Below, one piece after another: positions 29,398 through 38,828 of a stretch of 64,000 bases of DNA. Below the pieces are notes generated by a model. That model was not told the origin of the DNA. It saw nothing but the letters and a program-made list of their open reading frames with translations, and searched no databases. The stretch comes from Chloroflexota bacterium. Lineage in GTDB: Bacteria > Chloroflexota > Dehalococcoidia > Lucifugimonadales > JADFKI01. The stretch covers positions 1 through 64,000 of the forward strand of contig JAQBUT010000003.1 of assembly GCA_027623195.1 (NCBI GenBank). The letters run 5' to 3'. Every line of letters begins with the position of its first letter. The stretch's first letter is position 1. Both the position numbers and the translations under genes were made by a program.

Positions 29398-29556
29398 ATG
29401 ACTGTGGTCCGTGAACGAAGCGCACAGGCTCAGCGAGAGGTATGGAACGAAAATTCCTTACTTGGTCAGATCCTGCTATACCTATATGGTGAGGATATTC
29501 CAACTACCCAGTGGGTGAAGGACATCATATCACTGCCTGGATGGCGTGACGATTAA
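29398..29556 (+). CDS. Possible 52-aa small protein
   Basis: AAGGAGG and GAGGT SD-like motifs before the ATG at 29398; MTVVRERS..SLLGQILLYLYGED..WRDD. Confidence 0.35.
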   Translation: MTVVRERSAQAQREVWNENSLLGQILLYLYGEDIPTTQWVKDIISLPGWRDD

Positions 29557-29621
29557 GATTAGTTGACATACGTGCTAACCTCGAAGTCAAATATATGCAT
29601 TAAAGTTATGAAAGGCTCCCT

Positions 29622-30278
29622 ATGACTACCGAATCCCGCACTGCGCAGGCGCCGCCAGTCACCGTTAACGTCTGGTACGACTACATTTGACCCTGGTGTT
29701 ACGTCGGCCTGTCTAGGCTCGACAAGCTCCAGGAGGAATACGACATTGATGTTCAAGGCAGGCCTTACCTGTTGCGGCCTGGCACGCCAAAAGAGGGCAA
29801 GCCCAGGGAGGCGCGCTCCGGGGAGTCGCCTGACAATCTCAGCGAGCCGCTGAAGAGCTACGCCGAGGAGGCTGGGCTTATCATGCGCCCGCCAAGCAAA
29901 ACGCCATACACCATGTACGCTCTGGAGGCCACCGAGTATGCCAAGGAACAGGGCCGTTTCGAGCCCTTTCACAGGCTTATGTACAAGGCTGTGTGGGAGG
30001 ACGGGAAGGACATCGGCGACCTGGCGGTAATTCAGGAGGCGGCTGAGGAGGTCGGGATGGACTGGCCTGAGCTTGAGGCTAGACTGGAGTCCCGGCAATA
30101 CGAGACCGTAGTTATGGATCAGTATCGACAGGCCATGGATATCGGCATCGAAGGCGTGCCTGGATTCGTAATCGGCAACTTCATGTTCACGGGCGCACAG
30201 CCTTATAGCGTCTTCCAGGACGTTGTAAACCGGGTGTTGGCCGAGTCTCAAAAAAACGTTCAGGAGGGCGAGGGTTAG
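29622..30278 (+). CDS. DsbA/FrnE-family thiol-disulfide oxidoreductase, predicted selenoprotein (UGA = Sec23)
   Basis: In-frame VNVWYDYI-TGA(29688-29690)-PWCYVG replaces the first Cys of the CPWC motif; the frame continues to GIEGVPGF..GAQP. Confidence 0.9.
29692..29733 (+). promoter_or_regulatory. Putative bacterial SECIS element
   Basis: CCTGG/CCAGG lower stem; upper stem GTCGGCCT-GTCT-AGGC(T)CGAC begins 12 nt after the UGA, with a G-initiated apical loop and a bulged U. Confidence 0.7.
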
Positions 30279-30325
30279 GTGGTAACCGCGCGCGAATTTT
30301 CAAAAAACCGTTCAAGCCAGCATTC

Positions 30326-31279
30326 ATGAAAGTTCTTATAGCAGATGGCTTCTCAGAAGGTGCTCGGTCTGACCTGAAAGACTCGGGATTCGAGGTTATC
30401 TACGAGCCGGACGTTAGAGATGACGCCTTGGAGAAAATCTTACATGACACTGGTTCGGACGTTCTGGTTGTTCGCAGCACCCGAGTCACCGAGGCTATGC
30501 TCCGGGCAAGTCGCCTGGGCCTGGTCATTCGCTCCGGTGCAGGGTACAACACCATCGACGTTGCAACCGCAACGGAGCTTGGCATCAAAGTTGCTAACTG
30601 CCCGGGCATGAACGCCAACGCCGTGGTGGAGTTGGCGTTCGGACTGATAATCGCGCTGGACCGACATATCCCCGAGAACGTCCATGACCTGCGACAGGGC
30701 AAGTGGAACAAGATTAACTACAGCAGCGCTAGGGGCCTGTCAGGGAGTACGTTAGGTCTTGTTGGCCTGGGCACAATAGGTCAGGGCATGATTCCCAGAG
30801 CCAGAGCCTTTGGCATGTCCGTCGTGGGCTGGAGCCGCTCGCTCACGCCCGAGAGGGCAGAGGCGCTTGGCATTGAGATGAAGTCGTCGCCCGTGGAGGT
30901 AGCTGCCGCGTCCGACGTGGTCAGCATTCACGTTGCGTTGACCAGCGACACTCGAAATCTTGCTGACGAAGCTTTTTTCCAGAAAATGCGAGACGGCGCC
31001 TTCTTCATTAACACGTCCCGCGCCGAGGTGGTGGACGAGTCCGCGTTAGCCAATGCGGTCAAGACCAGGGGCATTCGTGCCGGCCTCGACATCTTCGAAG
31101 GCGAGCCTGCCACGGGTACGGGCGAGGTGGACAACCCGCTGTTCCAGTTGGACGGCGTTATCGGCACCCACCACATAGGCGGGCAGACCTCGGAAGCGCA
31201 GCGTTCAATTGCCGAGGAAACGGTGCGGATAATCCAGGAGTTTCGGGATACCGGCGTGGCCCCGAACCAGGTTAACTAG
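30326..31279 (+). CDS. D-3-phosphoglycerate-dehydrogenase-like D-2-hydroxyacid dehydrogenase
   Basis: LVVRSTRV, GAGYNTID, NANAVVEL, GLGTIG, INTSRA, THHIGG. Confidence 0.9.
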   Translation: MKVLIADGFSEGARSDLKDSGFEVIYEPDVRDDALEKILHDTGSDVLVVRSTRVTEAMLRASRLGLVIRSGAGYNTIDVATATELGIKVANCPGMNANAVVELAFGLIIALDRHIPENVHDLRQGKWNKINYSSARGLSGSTLGLVGLGTIGQGMIPRARAFGMSVVGWSRSLTPERAEALGIEMKSSPVEVAAASDVVSIHVALTSDTRNLADEAFFQKMRDGAFFINTSRAEVVDESALANAVKTRGIRAGLDIFEGEPATGTGEVDNPLFQLDGVIGTHHIGGQTSEAQRSIAEETVRIIQEFRDTGVAPNQVN

Positions 31280-31325
31280 GAATTTCGAGCTAACTGCATT
31301 GCGAAAAAATGATAATGAGGCTTGC

Positions 31326-31392
31326 GGTCCGACAGGCTCGCCGCGAACGTAGGAATGGAATTCCGTTCGTCTCCGATGAGGCAGATCGAAGA
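31326..31392. repeat. REP-like palindrome, family B copy 2 (degenerate)
   Basis: GGTCCGACAGGCTCGCCGCGAACG..CCGTTCG..TGAG..TCGAAG. Confidence 0.55.
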
Positions 31393-31442
31393 ACTAATCA
31401 CTTAGACCTGGCTCGCAGACTGGCTGTCCGCCAAGTTCTCGG

Positions 31443-32294
31443 CTAACGCCTGTTCAGGAAGTCCCTGATAGTCTTCGCTAGCTCGTCGGGCTTGTGCCAG
31501 CCGATGTCGTGTATAGTCTCGTGGACCCAGTGCACACGGCTATCGGCGATGCTTTCGTTGGCCATGTCAACCATTCTGCGACGCATTCGGGCGAACTCGG
31601 AGCCTGCACGCTCGCGCATGGGGCCAGCAGGAACGATGAGGGTTGGGCAGGTAATGTCCGGCCAATCGTCCGACGCAGGGTCGCTCCACATGGCACTGAT
31701 TACCTGCGCGTGTTGCTCCGGCCTCAGGATGTCTTGCATCTGGCCGTTCTCGTCCTCGTTCACCATGGTGAGCAGTATGCGGGCGATTTCGTCGCTCCAG
31801 CACATGGATAGGTTATTGCTCATGCGGGCCAGGTAGGACTCGCGTGTGCCGGATATGTCCCTGGGCGCCAGCCGGGCCTGGAACTGCTCCCAAGTCGCTC
31901 CGGGCATAATCAAAGGGCTGAAGAAGCCACCGTCGATCATTACCAGTGAGCCGGTGCGCTCGGGGAACTTGGCAGCCACATTGACGGCAACGTTGCCTCC
32001 CCAGGAGTGGCCCAGCACTGCCGCTTTCTCTATTCCAAGGTGGTTCAGCAGACCCACAGCGTCGGCCGACACCGATGCCCAGTCGTAGCCGGACGGCGCT
32101 TGCGTGGTCTGGCCGTGGCCACGTTGGTCTGGCGCGATGATTCGGAAGTCCTTTTGTAGCAGCGGCGCAACGGTGTCGTACCAGTGGGCCGACGAGGCAA
32201 GGCCGTGTAATGCCAGCACAGGCGGGCCGTCGCCACCCCAGTCCAGGTATCGCATACGTAGGTCGCGCACATCTGCCCATAGCTCTTTCGGCAT
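31443..32294 (-). CDS. Alpha/beta hydrolase
   Basis: LHGLAS, DQRGHG, GHSWGG nucleophile elbow, HDIGWHKP. Confidence 0.92.
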   Translation of the reverse strand: MPKELWADVRDLRMRYLDWGGDGPPVLALHGLASSAHWYDTVAPLLQKDFRIIAPDQRGHGQTTQAPSGYDWASVSADAVGLLNHLGIEKAAVLGHSWGGNVAVNVAAKFPERTGSLVMIDGGFFSPLIMPGATWEQFQARLAPRDISGTRESYLARMSNNLSMCWSDEIARILLTMVNEDENGQMQDILRPEQHAQVISAMWSDPASDDWPDITCPTLIVPAGPMRERAGSEFARMRRRMVDMANESIADSRVHWVHETIHDIGWHKPDELAKTIRDFLNRR

Positions 32295-32441
32295 TCTTAG
32301 GATATCTCCGCAGTATGGTTTTCGAAATATCGGCTTGAGGGATGATATCAGAAAATTCAGTGATTTCGGCGGAGATTTAGATCCTGGAATTTTGGGACTC
32401 GGTATCTCAGAATAAGCGAAATGGATCGTGGTCGACGGCAT

Positions 32442-32470
32442 TTGACAACGTAAGAAGGCGGTCATATAGT
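32442..32470 (+). promoter_or_regulatory. Sigma70-type promoter
   Basis: TTGACA-N17-TATAGT upstream of 32565. Confidence 0.65.
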
Positions 32471-32564
32471 CCGTGCAATCTTAGGATGGCCTTTTATGAA
32501 ATGAATGAATTCGATGAAATCACTAGAAGCCATCTGAGAAATAAAGGATTAGAAGCTGTGTGTC

Positions 32565-33035
32565 ATGATTGATGCCCGTATAAGGGAAATTATCGAGAAC
32601 AATACCATCGGATTTGTAGCCTCAATTACAGCGGAGGGACGCCCCACCGTATCGCCCAAGGCGACATTTGCCGTGATTGACGACCGCACCCTGGCTTTCA
32701 GCAACCTGCGTTCTCCGAAGACTGTCAGGAACATTCAGCACAATCCTGCTGTTGAAGTGAACTTCATCGATGTCTTTCATCGGACTGCGGCGCGCATAAC
32801 CGGGGCTGCACGATACGTTCCGAAAAAAGTAGATGCAGAGTTCGAGACACTCCTGCCCGCCTTCGAGAAGTGGTCGACGCTGGTTGACCGAATGCATGGA
32901 TTCGTGGTGATATCCGTCGATCACGCGGAGTTCGTTACCTCGCCCAGTTACGACATTGGCGCAACTGGGGACGAGCTAGCCGCTACCTGGTTGGAGCATT
33001 TCACAGGTTTATTTTCAAAGGACATGCAGGTATAA
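32565..33035 (+). CDS. Pyridoxamine 5'-phosphate oxidase-like FMN-binding protein
   Basis: FVAS..EGRPTVSPK, SPKTVRNIQHNPAVEVNFID. Confidence 0.85.
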   Translation: MIDARIREIIENNTIGFVASITAEGRPTVSPKATFAVIDDRTLAFSNLRSPKTVRNIQHNPAVEVNFIDVFHRTAARITGAARYVPKKVDAEFETLLPAFEKWSTLVDRMHGFVVISVDHAEFVTSPSYDIGATGDELAATWLEHFTGLFSKDMQV

Positions 33036-33195
33036 CGAGAATTGAGGTGCTCCCGTAGGTCTTCTCATTCAACACGGGCCATAGCCAGATTGGCTGCTCC
33101 GCAATAACTACCTGCAACGTTTATTACGTCGTCTATTGACTTACCTACACAGGTAGGGCCAATCGGAACGACGCAGGCGCGGCAGGCCAGTAGTT

Positions 33196-33474
33196 TTGCC
33201 GGGAGTGAGCTTGAGAGAATATCAGCAGAGCCAACAGGGCTACGACCGCTCTTACAGAATCAGGCGGCGTCTGGGTATATTCGTCATGTTCATGGGCGTT
33301 GGAGCGCTGATAACGACTTTCCTGGGATGGCAGGTTTCTACCATGGCGGACACCAGCACTGACTTCGCCGTACCGTTTCTGGGCTCGATAGCGGGCGTGT
33401 TTATCGGCGTGATGCTTTCCGTGGTAATACTGGTGTTCTTGAACCCCTGGATGGAAGAAGAGGACTGGAAGTAG
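33196..33474 (+). CDS. Small two-TM hypothetical membrane protein
   Basis: Two hydrophobic segments; fills the gap up to the rph stop codon. Confidence 0.55.
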   Translation: MPGVSLREYQQSQQGYDRSYRIRRRLGIFVMFMGVGALITTFLGWQVSTMADTSTDFAVPFLGSIAGVFIGVMLSVVILVFLNPWMEEEDWK

Positions 33475-33479
33475 TCACC

Positions 33480-34193
33480 TTAAAGACGGGCTATTACTTC
33501 CTTCTGTAACTCGAATAGCCTGTCGATGCCCTGGCCTGCGGCAGATAGCACCTTGTCCAGATGCCCCTGTGAAAAAGGCTTACCCTCTGCCGTGCCCTGA
33601 ACCTCCACGAACTCGCCTTCCCCGGTCATGACTATGTTGAAGTCACCATCCGCCTTGAAGTCCTCGTCGTAGCACAGGTCTAGCAGCACCTCGCCGTCGA
33701 GGATGCCCACGCTAGTGGCCGCCACCGCCGAATTCAAGGGTATCTGGTCTAGCTCGTCGCGCTGAACTAGCGTATGGAAGGCCTGATAAAGCGCCACGTA
33801 CGCCCCGGTGATGGACGCTGTGCGCGTTCCGCCGTCGGCCTGAATTACGTCGCAGTCCACGGTGAGAGTACGCTCTCCCAGCTTGTCCATGTCCACCACC
33901 GCCCGAAGCGACCTGCCTATCAGACGCTGAATCTCCTGAGTGCGGCCCCTGGGCGTGGTCTCCCTCTGGTTGCGCGTGTGGGTGGCGCGGGGCAGCATGG
34001 CGTATTCCGATGTGACCCATCCCTTGCCAGAGCCTCGCAGGAATGTCGGCACGCGGTTCTCCACGCTCACGGCGCACAGGACTTTCGTCATGCCGGTCTC
34101 GATAATAACGGAGCCCTCGGCGTAGGCCTGCGCCCCCAGGGTGATTGTGGTCGACCTTAACTCGTCGTTCGCTCTACCATCGCTTCGCGTCAA
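33480..34193 (-). CDS. rph: Ribonuclease PH
   Basis: RSDGR, AEGSV, EYAMLPRATH, EIQRLIGRSLR, DCDVIQADGGTRTASITG, EVQGTAE. Confidence 0.97.
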   Translation of the reverse strand: MTRSDGRANDELRSTTITLGAQAYAEGSVIIETGMTKVLCAVSVENRVPTFLRGSGKGWVTSEYAMLPRATHTRNQRETTPRGRTQEIQRLIGRSLRAVVDMDKLGERTLTVDCDVIQADGGTRTASITGAYVALYQAFHTLVQRDELDQIPLNSAVAATSVGILDGEVLLDLCYDEDFKADGDFNIVMTGEGEFVEVQGTAEGKPFSQGHLDKVLSAAGQGIDRLFELQKEVIARL

Positions 34194-34460
34194 TGTGGGC
34201 TCCCGCTCAAAAATGCCTCGGCGAGTATACCATATGCTTTTCCGATACTTCGAATGCGACCTTTGGCTTTAACTCAATGGCATTGCGTATCAGTTCCTCA
34301 TAATCAGCTCTTAAGTCTTGTCTAATGCTAAGCAGTAGTTCTTTTAGTGGCAGAGCAATTGACCGGGTGCAGCCCGATTGCTAAACTCGCCCTTTCTAGG
34401 TGGTCACAAAATCAAGTAAACTGGATTTCATTAAATTCAAAGAACTTATAGGGATAAAAC

Positions 34461-35702
34461 ATGACAGATATGCGTTTCGGTGCGTTCCTGGCGCCACACC
34501 ACCCAATAGGCGAGAACCCAACGTTGCAAATACAGAGCGATCTGGAGTTCGTGGAGCATCTCGAAAAGTTGGGGTACGACGAGTTCTGGTGCGGGGAGCA
34601 TCACTCCACTGGTTGGGAGATCATCGCTTCTCCTGAACTCTTCCTGGCTGCCGCTGCCGAGCGCACGGGCCGGATTATGCTGGGCACCGGCGTTATCTCA
34701 TTGCCTTACCACCACCCGTACATGGTCGCTCAGCGAATCGTCCAGCTCGATCACCAGTCTCGCGGCCGCGTCATATTCGGGTCCGGTCCGGGTGCGCTGC
34801 CATCCGATGCGCACACCCTGGGCATCGACCCGATGGTCCAGCGCGACAGGCAGGATGAGGCTATCGGTATCATCCGTCGCCTGTTCGAGGAAGAGGACCG
34901 GTTCAGTTACGAGTCCGACTGGTTTACCCTGCGTGACGCCAAATTGCAGCTAAAGCCACTTCAGAAGAATATGGAGTTCACCGTCGCTTCGATTGTCAGC
35001 CCTTCCGGGATGACGCTGGCGGGCAAACACGAAACAGGCGTGTTGTCGATAGGATCGCTGTCCAAGGATGGCATCAAGGCGTTGCCGTTGCAGTGGAGCT
35101 TCGCCGAGGAATCGGCAGCGAAGCATGGCAAGACGGTCGACCGCAAGAACTGGCGAATCGTGCTCAACTGGCACATCGCCGAAACGCGGGAAGAGGCACG
35201 AGCGCAGGCGGGGAAAGGCCTGATGCGTCACAACAACGAATACACTATCGGCACGCTGGCGGGCGGCGTTGGAACGATCTACAAGACCCCGGACGAAGCC
35301 GTGGACGGCGTGGCCTTCTCCGAGGAGAGCACTGCGGTCATCGGCACCCCTGATGACCTGATCGCTAGAATACGCGAGATGATGGAGCTAACCGGCGGCT
35401 TCGGCTGTGTGATAGGTTTCGTTCACGACTGGGCTAATCGCGAGGACACGCTCCGGAGTTGGGACATGGTGGCGCGTTACGTGCTTCCTGAAGTCAACGG
35501 TCTACTGGACAACTATCGGGAGTCGAACAAATTCGTAATCGCAAATCGCGGTACATGGGAACGGGCCAACGAGGCCGTAAAGAGCAAAATCCGTGATAAC
35601 GAACGAGCTGTCGCAGCGATAGGAGAAGACGAAGCCCAGGGCAGGACGGTAATTAGGGGTGGTCTTAATCTCTCGCCCGGCGTTGGAAATACTCAGCGAT
35701 AG
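34461..35702 (+). CDS. LLM-class flavin-dependent monooxygenase (limonene-monooxygenase-like subgroup)
   Basis: FGAFLAPHH, WCGEHHSTGWEIIASPE, GPGALPSDA. Confidence 0.93.
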   Translation: MTDMRFGAFLAPHHPIGENPTLQIQSDLEFVEHLEKLGYDEFWCGEHHSTGWEIIASPELFLAAAAERTGRIMLGTGVISLPYHHPYMVAQRIVQLDHQSRGRVIFGSGPGALPSDAHTLGIDPMVQRDRQDEAIGIIRRLFEEEDRFSYESDWFTLRDAKLQLKPLQKNMEFTVASIVSPSGMTLAGKHETGVLSIGSLSKDGIKALPLQWSFAEESAAKHGKTVDRKNWRIVLNWHIAETREEARAQAGKGLMRHNNEYTIGTLAGGVGTIYKTPDEAVDGVAFSEESTAVIGTPDDLIARIREMMELTGGFGCVIGFVHDWANREDTLRSWDMVARYVLPEVNGLLDNYRESNKFVIANRGTWERANEAVKSKIRDNERAVAAIGEDEAQGRTVIRGGLNLSPGVGNTQR

Positions 35703-35753
35703 GGCTGAAGCAGGGCTGTTCTATTTGGCCTAGATTCGCCGTGTGTTCACGCA

Positions 35754-38192
35754 TCATCTTTCAGATATAAGTTCCAAGGTCTTGCCATCAGAGACAAGCT
35801 CTAGCGTGCCGTCTTCTGCTGTCACGTAGGTCCGGTCTGGCGGGAGATATTGGGAAAGCCTGTCCAGTGTTTCCTGGTGGGGATGGCCGTACCTGTTGTC
35901 TGCGCCGGCCGATATCACGGCCATAGCAGGACTGACCTCGGCCAGAAAATCGGCGGTCGTTGCGTGGCGGCTGCCGTGGTGGCCGACTTTGATCACGTCG
36001 CTGTCCAGGGGAACGCTGGCGGCGAGCAGCCGTCTCTCGGACTCCTGAAACATGTCGCCTGCGAGGAGGATGGTGCGCTCGCCGTAAGTAAGTAGCAGGG
36101 CGATCGATGCGTTGTCCACATCGGACCTGGTGCCTTCCGGAAGTCGCGTCGGGGGATTCAGGACCTGAAGAGTCACGCCATCGTCAAAGTTGATGACCTG
36201 GCCAGCCAGCGCCTCCACCTCAACCGCCTCTTCCTGCTCCACAGCACGTAACCACTCCCGATAGGTTGGGCTCTCATAGTCTAACGTCCTGTGCATCACT
36301 AAACCCACCTTGTACCTACGCAGGACCTCCACTAACCCCGTTGCGTGGTCCGCATGAGGATGCGTCAGCACAAACAGGTCAATGGTTCGGTCCTCCGGGG
36401 ACATCCGCTCACCCAGGAACTGAGCGATTCTTTGCGGGTCGGGTCCGCCGTCCACCAGCACCTGATTGCCGCCGGGCGTGACGATGAACGTCGCATCACC
36501 CTGGCCAACGTCTACGAAGTACACGTGCAGTCGCGGCTCCGGTCCCGATAGCGCGGCAACCCATAGCGCTGCTGCCAGTGCGAACAGTGGCAACGCCACC
36601 CAGGTTCGATGTCTCCGAAATATATTGCGCCTTGTGCCTGGCATTGGAGAAATTTTCGTAGCCAACCTGCTCAGGCGCTCCCGAAGGGCGTCCATGTTGC
36701 TGGCTTTTCGCAGGCTGTAGGCCAGCGTCAATGCGGTATACCAAGCAACCACGAATGGGATGGCCACCTCTCCAGTATTTACTGATGCAGTTGGGACGAG
36801 TGCCAGCAATCTCACCACACCGATGACGTAGCTTGAAAACAGCCACGCGAGCCAGCCCAGAGGCGTGCCTACTGCCGGACTAATCAGCCCGCCCAGTCCT
36901 GCCAGCGCATTGGTAATGAGGACGAAGGGCATGGCGGGCAACGTTAGCAGGCTGGCCGGAATGCCCACCAGGGATACCTGTTGGAAGTAGAAGGCTACCA
37001 GCGGCACAGTGGTGATCGTGGCTGCCAACGTCACGCCGATCGTACCCAAGATGGCTGCCTTGATAGGTAGGCCTCTCCAAGCTCCGTCCTCTCCTCGCAG
37101 GGTTCTGCCTATCGGATCTGCCAGAATGGCTATGCCTGCCATTGCGGCGAAGCTAAGCTGAAACGAAATGCTCCAGATCACCTCAGGGTCGATGGCGACC
37201 ATTACGGCCGCCGCCAACGCCAGCGCGGGCAACACGTTGCGCGGCCTGCCGGATAGCAATGCCGCCAAGTACACCGTCCCCATAATGGCGGCTCGTACAG
37301 CAGAGGGTGAGGCTCCTGAAAGTAGCGCGTACAGCCAGATAAGCGCTAAGGGGGCGATGAGGTAAAGGTGTCTGCGTCGGCCCAGGATGGCCTGGCTCAG
37401 TCCCAGGCTCATGGCCAGCAATACGCCAATGTGCAGCCCAGATATGGCCAGCAGGTGGGACGTGCCCGTGGTCCTGAAGTCCTCCTCCAGGTCGGCTGGC
37501 AGGCCGTCGCGAATGCCCAGCAGCATTGACTGTCCCAGCGCTGCCTGTGGCTCCGGCATGGACCTGGCAAGCGAGAAAGCCAACCGGTGCCGTACGCCGT
37601 AAAGCCATCCGTAAAAGCGGGACCCTCCGCCCTCGGATTGAAGGCTAGCCTTGGGGAATGACATCACGGAGCCGATTCCCTGCCTTGCCAGGTACGCCGC
37701 GTAGTCGAAATTTTCCAATACAGGCGGTGGCCTTAACTCCCCTTGAAGCATGAGTTGGTCGCCGTATCGGAAGTACGGCTGGTCTCGTTGGGAGACAATG
37801 CTAAGTGGCGCTCGTAAGTTGACAAGAACGTGGCCTGCCGCGTCTTGCCATTGGCCATTGGCGAAAATCCTCTCGACTCGGAGCCGCACCCTGGTGTACG
37901 TTCCGGTGGCCTGCGGATCGCCTGCGACCACGCCCTCCAGCATTACGCCGTTAACAGAGTGATATGTGGAAAGGTGATCCGCCTCGCCGTTGTGGGAGAT
38001 TTCGTAACGCAGCGTGCCCAGTATCAACGCCACCAGCAGCAACCCTGGCAATACGGTGCGACTACTTGCGCGCAGCCATGCGGCCAAGAGCCCGGCTCCG
38101 GCCAAGAACAGACCTATCGCCATTGGCGGAACTTCCAGCCGCCAACCGATGAGCAGGCCTGCAATGAAGGCGATGGTCAGTTTGATAAGCAT
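35754..38192 (-). CDS. comEC: DNA-uptake channel ComEC/Rec2
   Basis: HLLAISGLH, SAVRA, SFQLSF; metallo-beta-lactamase domain DVGQGDA, THPHADH, KVGHHGS, NRYGHP. Confidence 0.95.
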   Translation of the reverse strand: MLIKLTIAFIAGLLIGWRLEVPPMAIGLFLAGAGLLAAWLRASSRTVLPGLLLVALILGTLRYEISHNGEADHLSTYHSVNGVMLEGVVAGDPQATGTYTRVRLRVERIFANGQWQDAAGHVLVNLRAPLSIVSQRDQPYFRYGDQLMLQGELRPPPVLENFDYAAYLARQGIGSVMSFPKASLQSEGGGSRFYGWLYGVRHRLAFSLARSMPEPQAALGQSMLLGIRDGLPADLEEDFRTTGTSHLLAISGLHIGVLLAMSLGLSQAILGRRRHLYLIAPLALIWLYALLSGASPSAVRAAIMGTVYLAALLSGRPRNVLPALALAAAVMVAIDPEVIWSISFQLSFAAMAGIAILADPIGRTLRGEDGAWRGLPIKAAILGTIGVTLAATITTVPLVAFYFQQVSLVGIPASLLTLPAMPFVLITNALAGLGGLISPAVGTPLGWLAWLFSSYVIGVVRLLALVPTASVNTGEVAIPFVVAWYTALTLAYSLRKASNMDALRERLSRLATKISPMPGTRRNIFRRHRTWVALPLFALAAALWVAALSGPEPRLHVYFVDVGQGDATFIVTPGGNQVLVDGGPDPQRIAQFLGERMSPEDRTIDLFVLTHPHADHATGLVEVLRRYKVGLVMHRTLDYESPTYREWLRAVEQEEAVEVEALAGQVINFDDGVTLQVLNPPTRLPEGTRSDVDNASIALLLTYGERTILLAGDMFQESERRLLAASVPLDSDVIKVGHHGSRHATTADFLAEVSPAMAVISAGADNRYGHPHQETLDRLSQYLPPDRTYVTAEDGTLELVSDGKTLELISER

Positions 38193-38335
38193 ATTGTTAT
38201 CCGCTGCGCGCCGCGTCACCGTTGGCGCATCAATACCGTTGAAGGCACAAAGGTTGCGCCAAGTCTAGACCTCAAAACGGCAACGGGCAAGAGGGAAATT
38301 CAGGGATACTAGAGCGTAGAAGGCCGCCTTGAGGG

Positions 38336-38344
38336 TGCTATAAT
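38336..38344 (+). promoter_or_regulatory. Extended -10 promoter giving a near-leaderless transcript
   Basis: TGCTATAAT ends 8 nt before the ATG at 38353; no SD in between. Confidence 0.55.
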
Positions 38345-38352
38345 ACGGCCAT

Positions 38353-38748
38353 ATGAGCAGCCTAACGCGATATGCCCCACGGACATTCGCCATGTTGGCG
38401 GCGGTGGCTTTGCTTTTTTCAGCCGCTGGTTCGCTTATTGATCACCATTTCGCGGAATGGCAGCCAGGTCACCTGCATCTCGTTTCCTTCCAGCCGGAAG
38501 GTCATTCCCACTCCATCAACCGGCATTATCATGCGACATCAAATGGCACTTCCGACCAGCCTGTTGCCATTTATCGCTCCGATGCTGCCAGTTCGGCTGT
38601 GCCCTCAGTGACCGCAACCGACTTCCTGCTAGCCTCTCAGTTGTCCTTCGAGCCTTCTTCTCTCATCTTCTTGCCATTGGATGTCCGAAACGGGGCAGGA
38701 CAGGTCTTCGAAGCCCCTCCTGCTCACCCACCGCAAGTTAGCCTCTAG
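38353..38748 (+). CDS. His-rich exported leader protein with a Pro-rich C-terminus (DUF2946/CutF/CruR-like architecture)
   Basis: Hydrophobic signal; DHH..GHLHL..GHSHSINRHYH; ends FEAPPAHPPQVSL. Confidence 0.6.
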   Translation: MSSLTRYAPRTFAMLAAVALLFSAAGSLIDHHFAEWQPGHLHLVSFQPEGHSHSINRHYHATSNGTSDQPVAIYRSDAASSAVPSVTATDFLLASQLSFEPSSLIFLPLDVRNGAGQVFEAPPAHPPQVSL

Positions 38749-38828
38749 CTCCTGTTTTCGTCCCCTATCAGAAACACCTCGTAATGCTGTAACGCCCTGC
38801 TGATGGGCGGGAGAGACCTAGCCTAATA

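Noticed and set aside
29563..29595. MerR-type promoter/operator before dsbA (TTGAC..GTCAA)
   Set aside because: No convincing -10 element at the expected spacing and the inner dyad is weak
33141..33156. NarL-like TACCT/AGGTA dyads here and near 1135, 29506 and 57197
   Set aside because: Spacing is inconsistent between sites and could be chance
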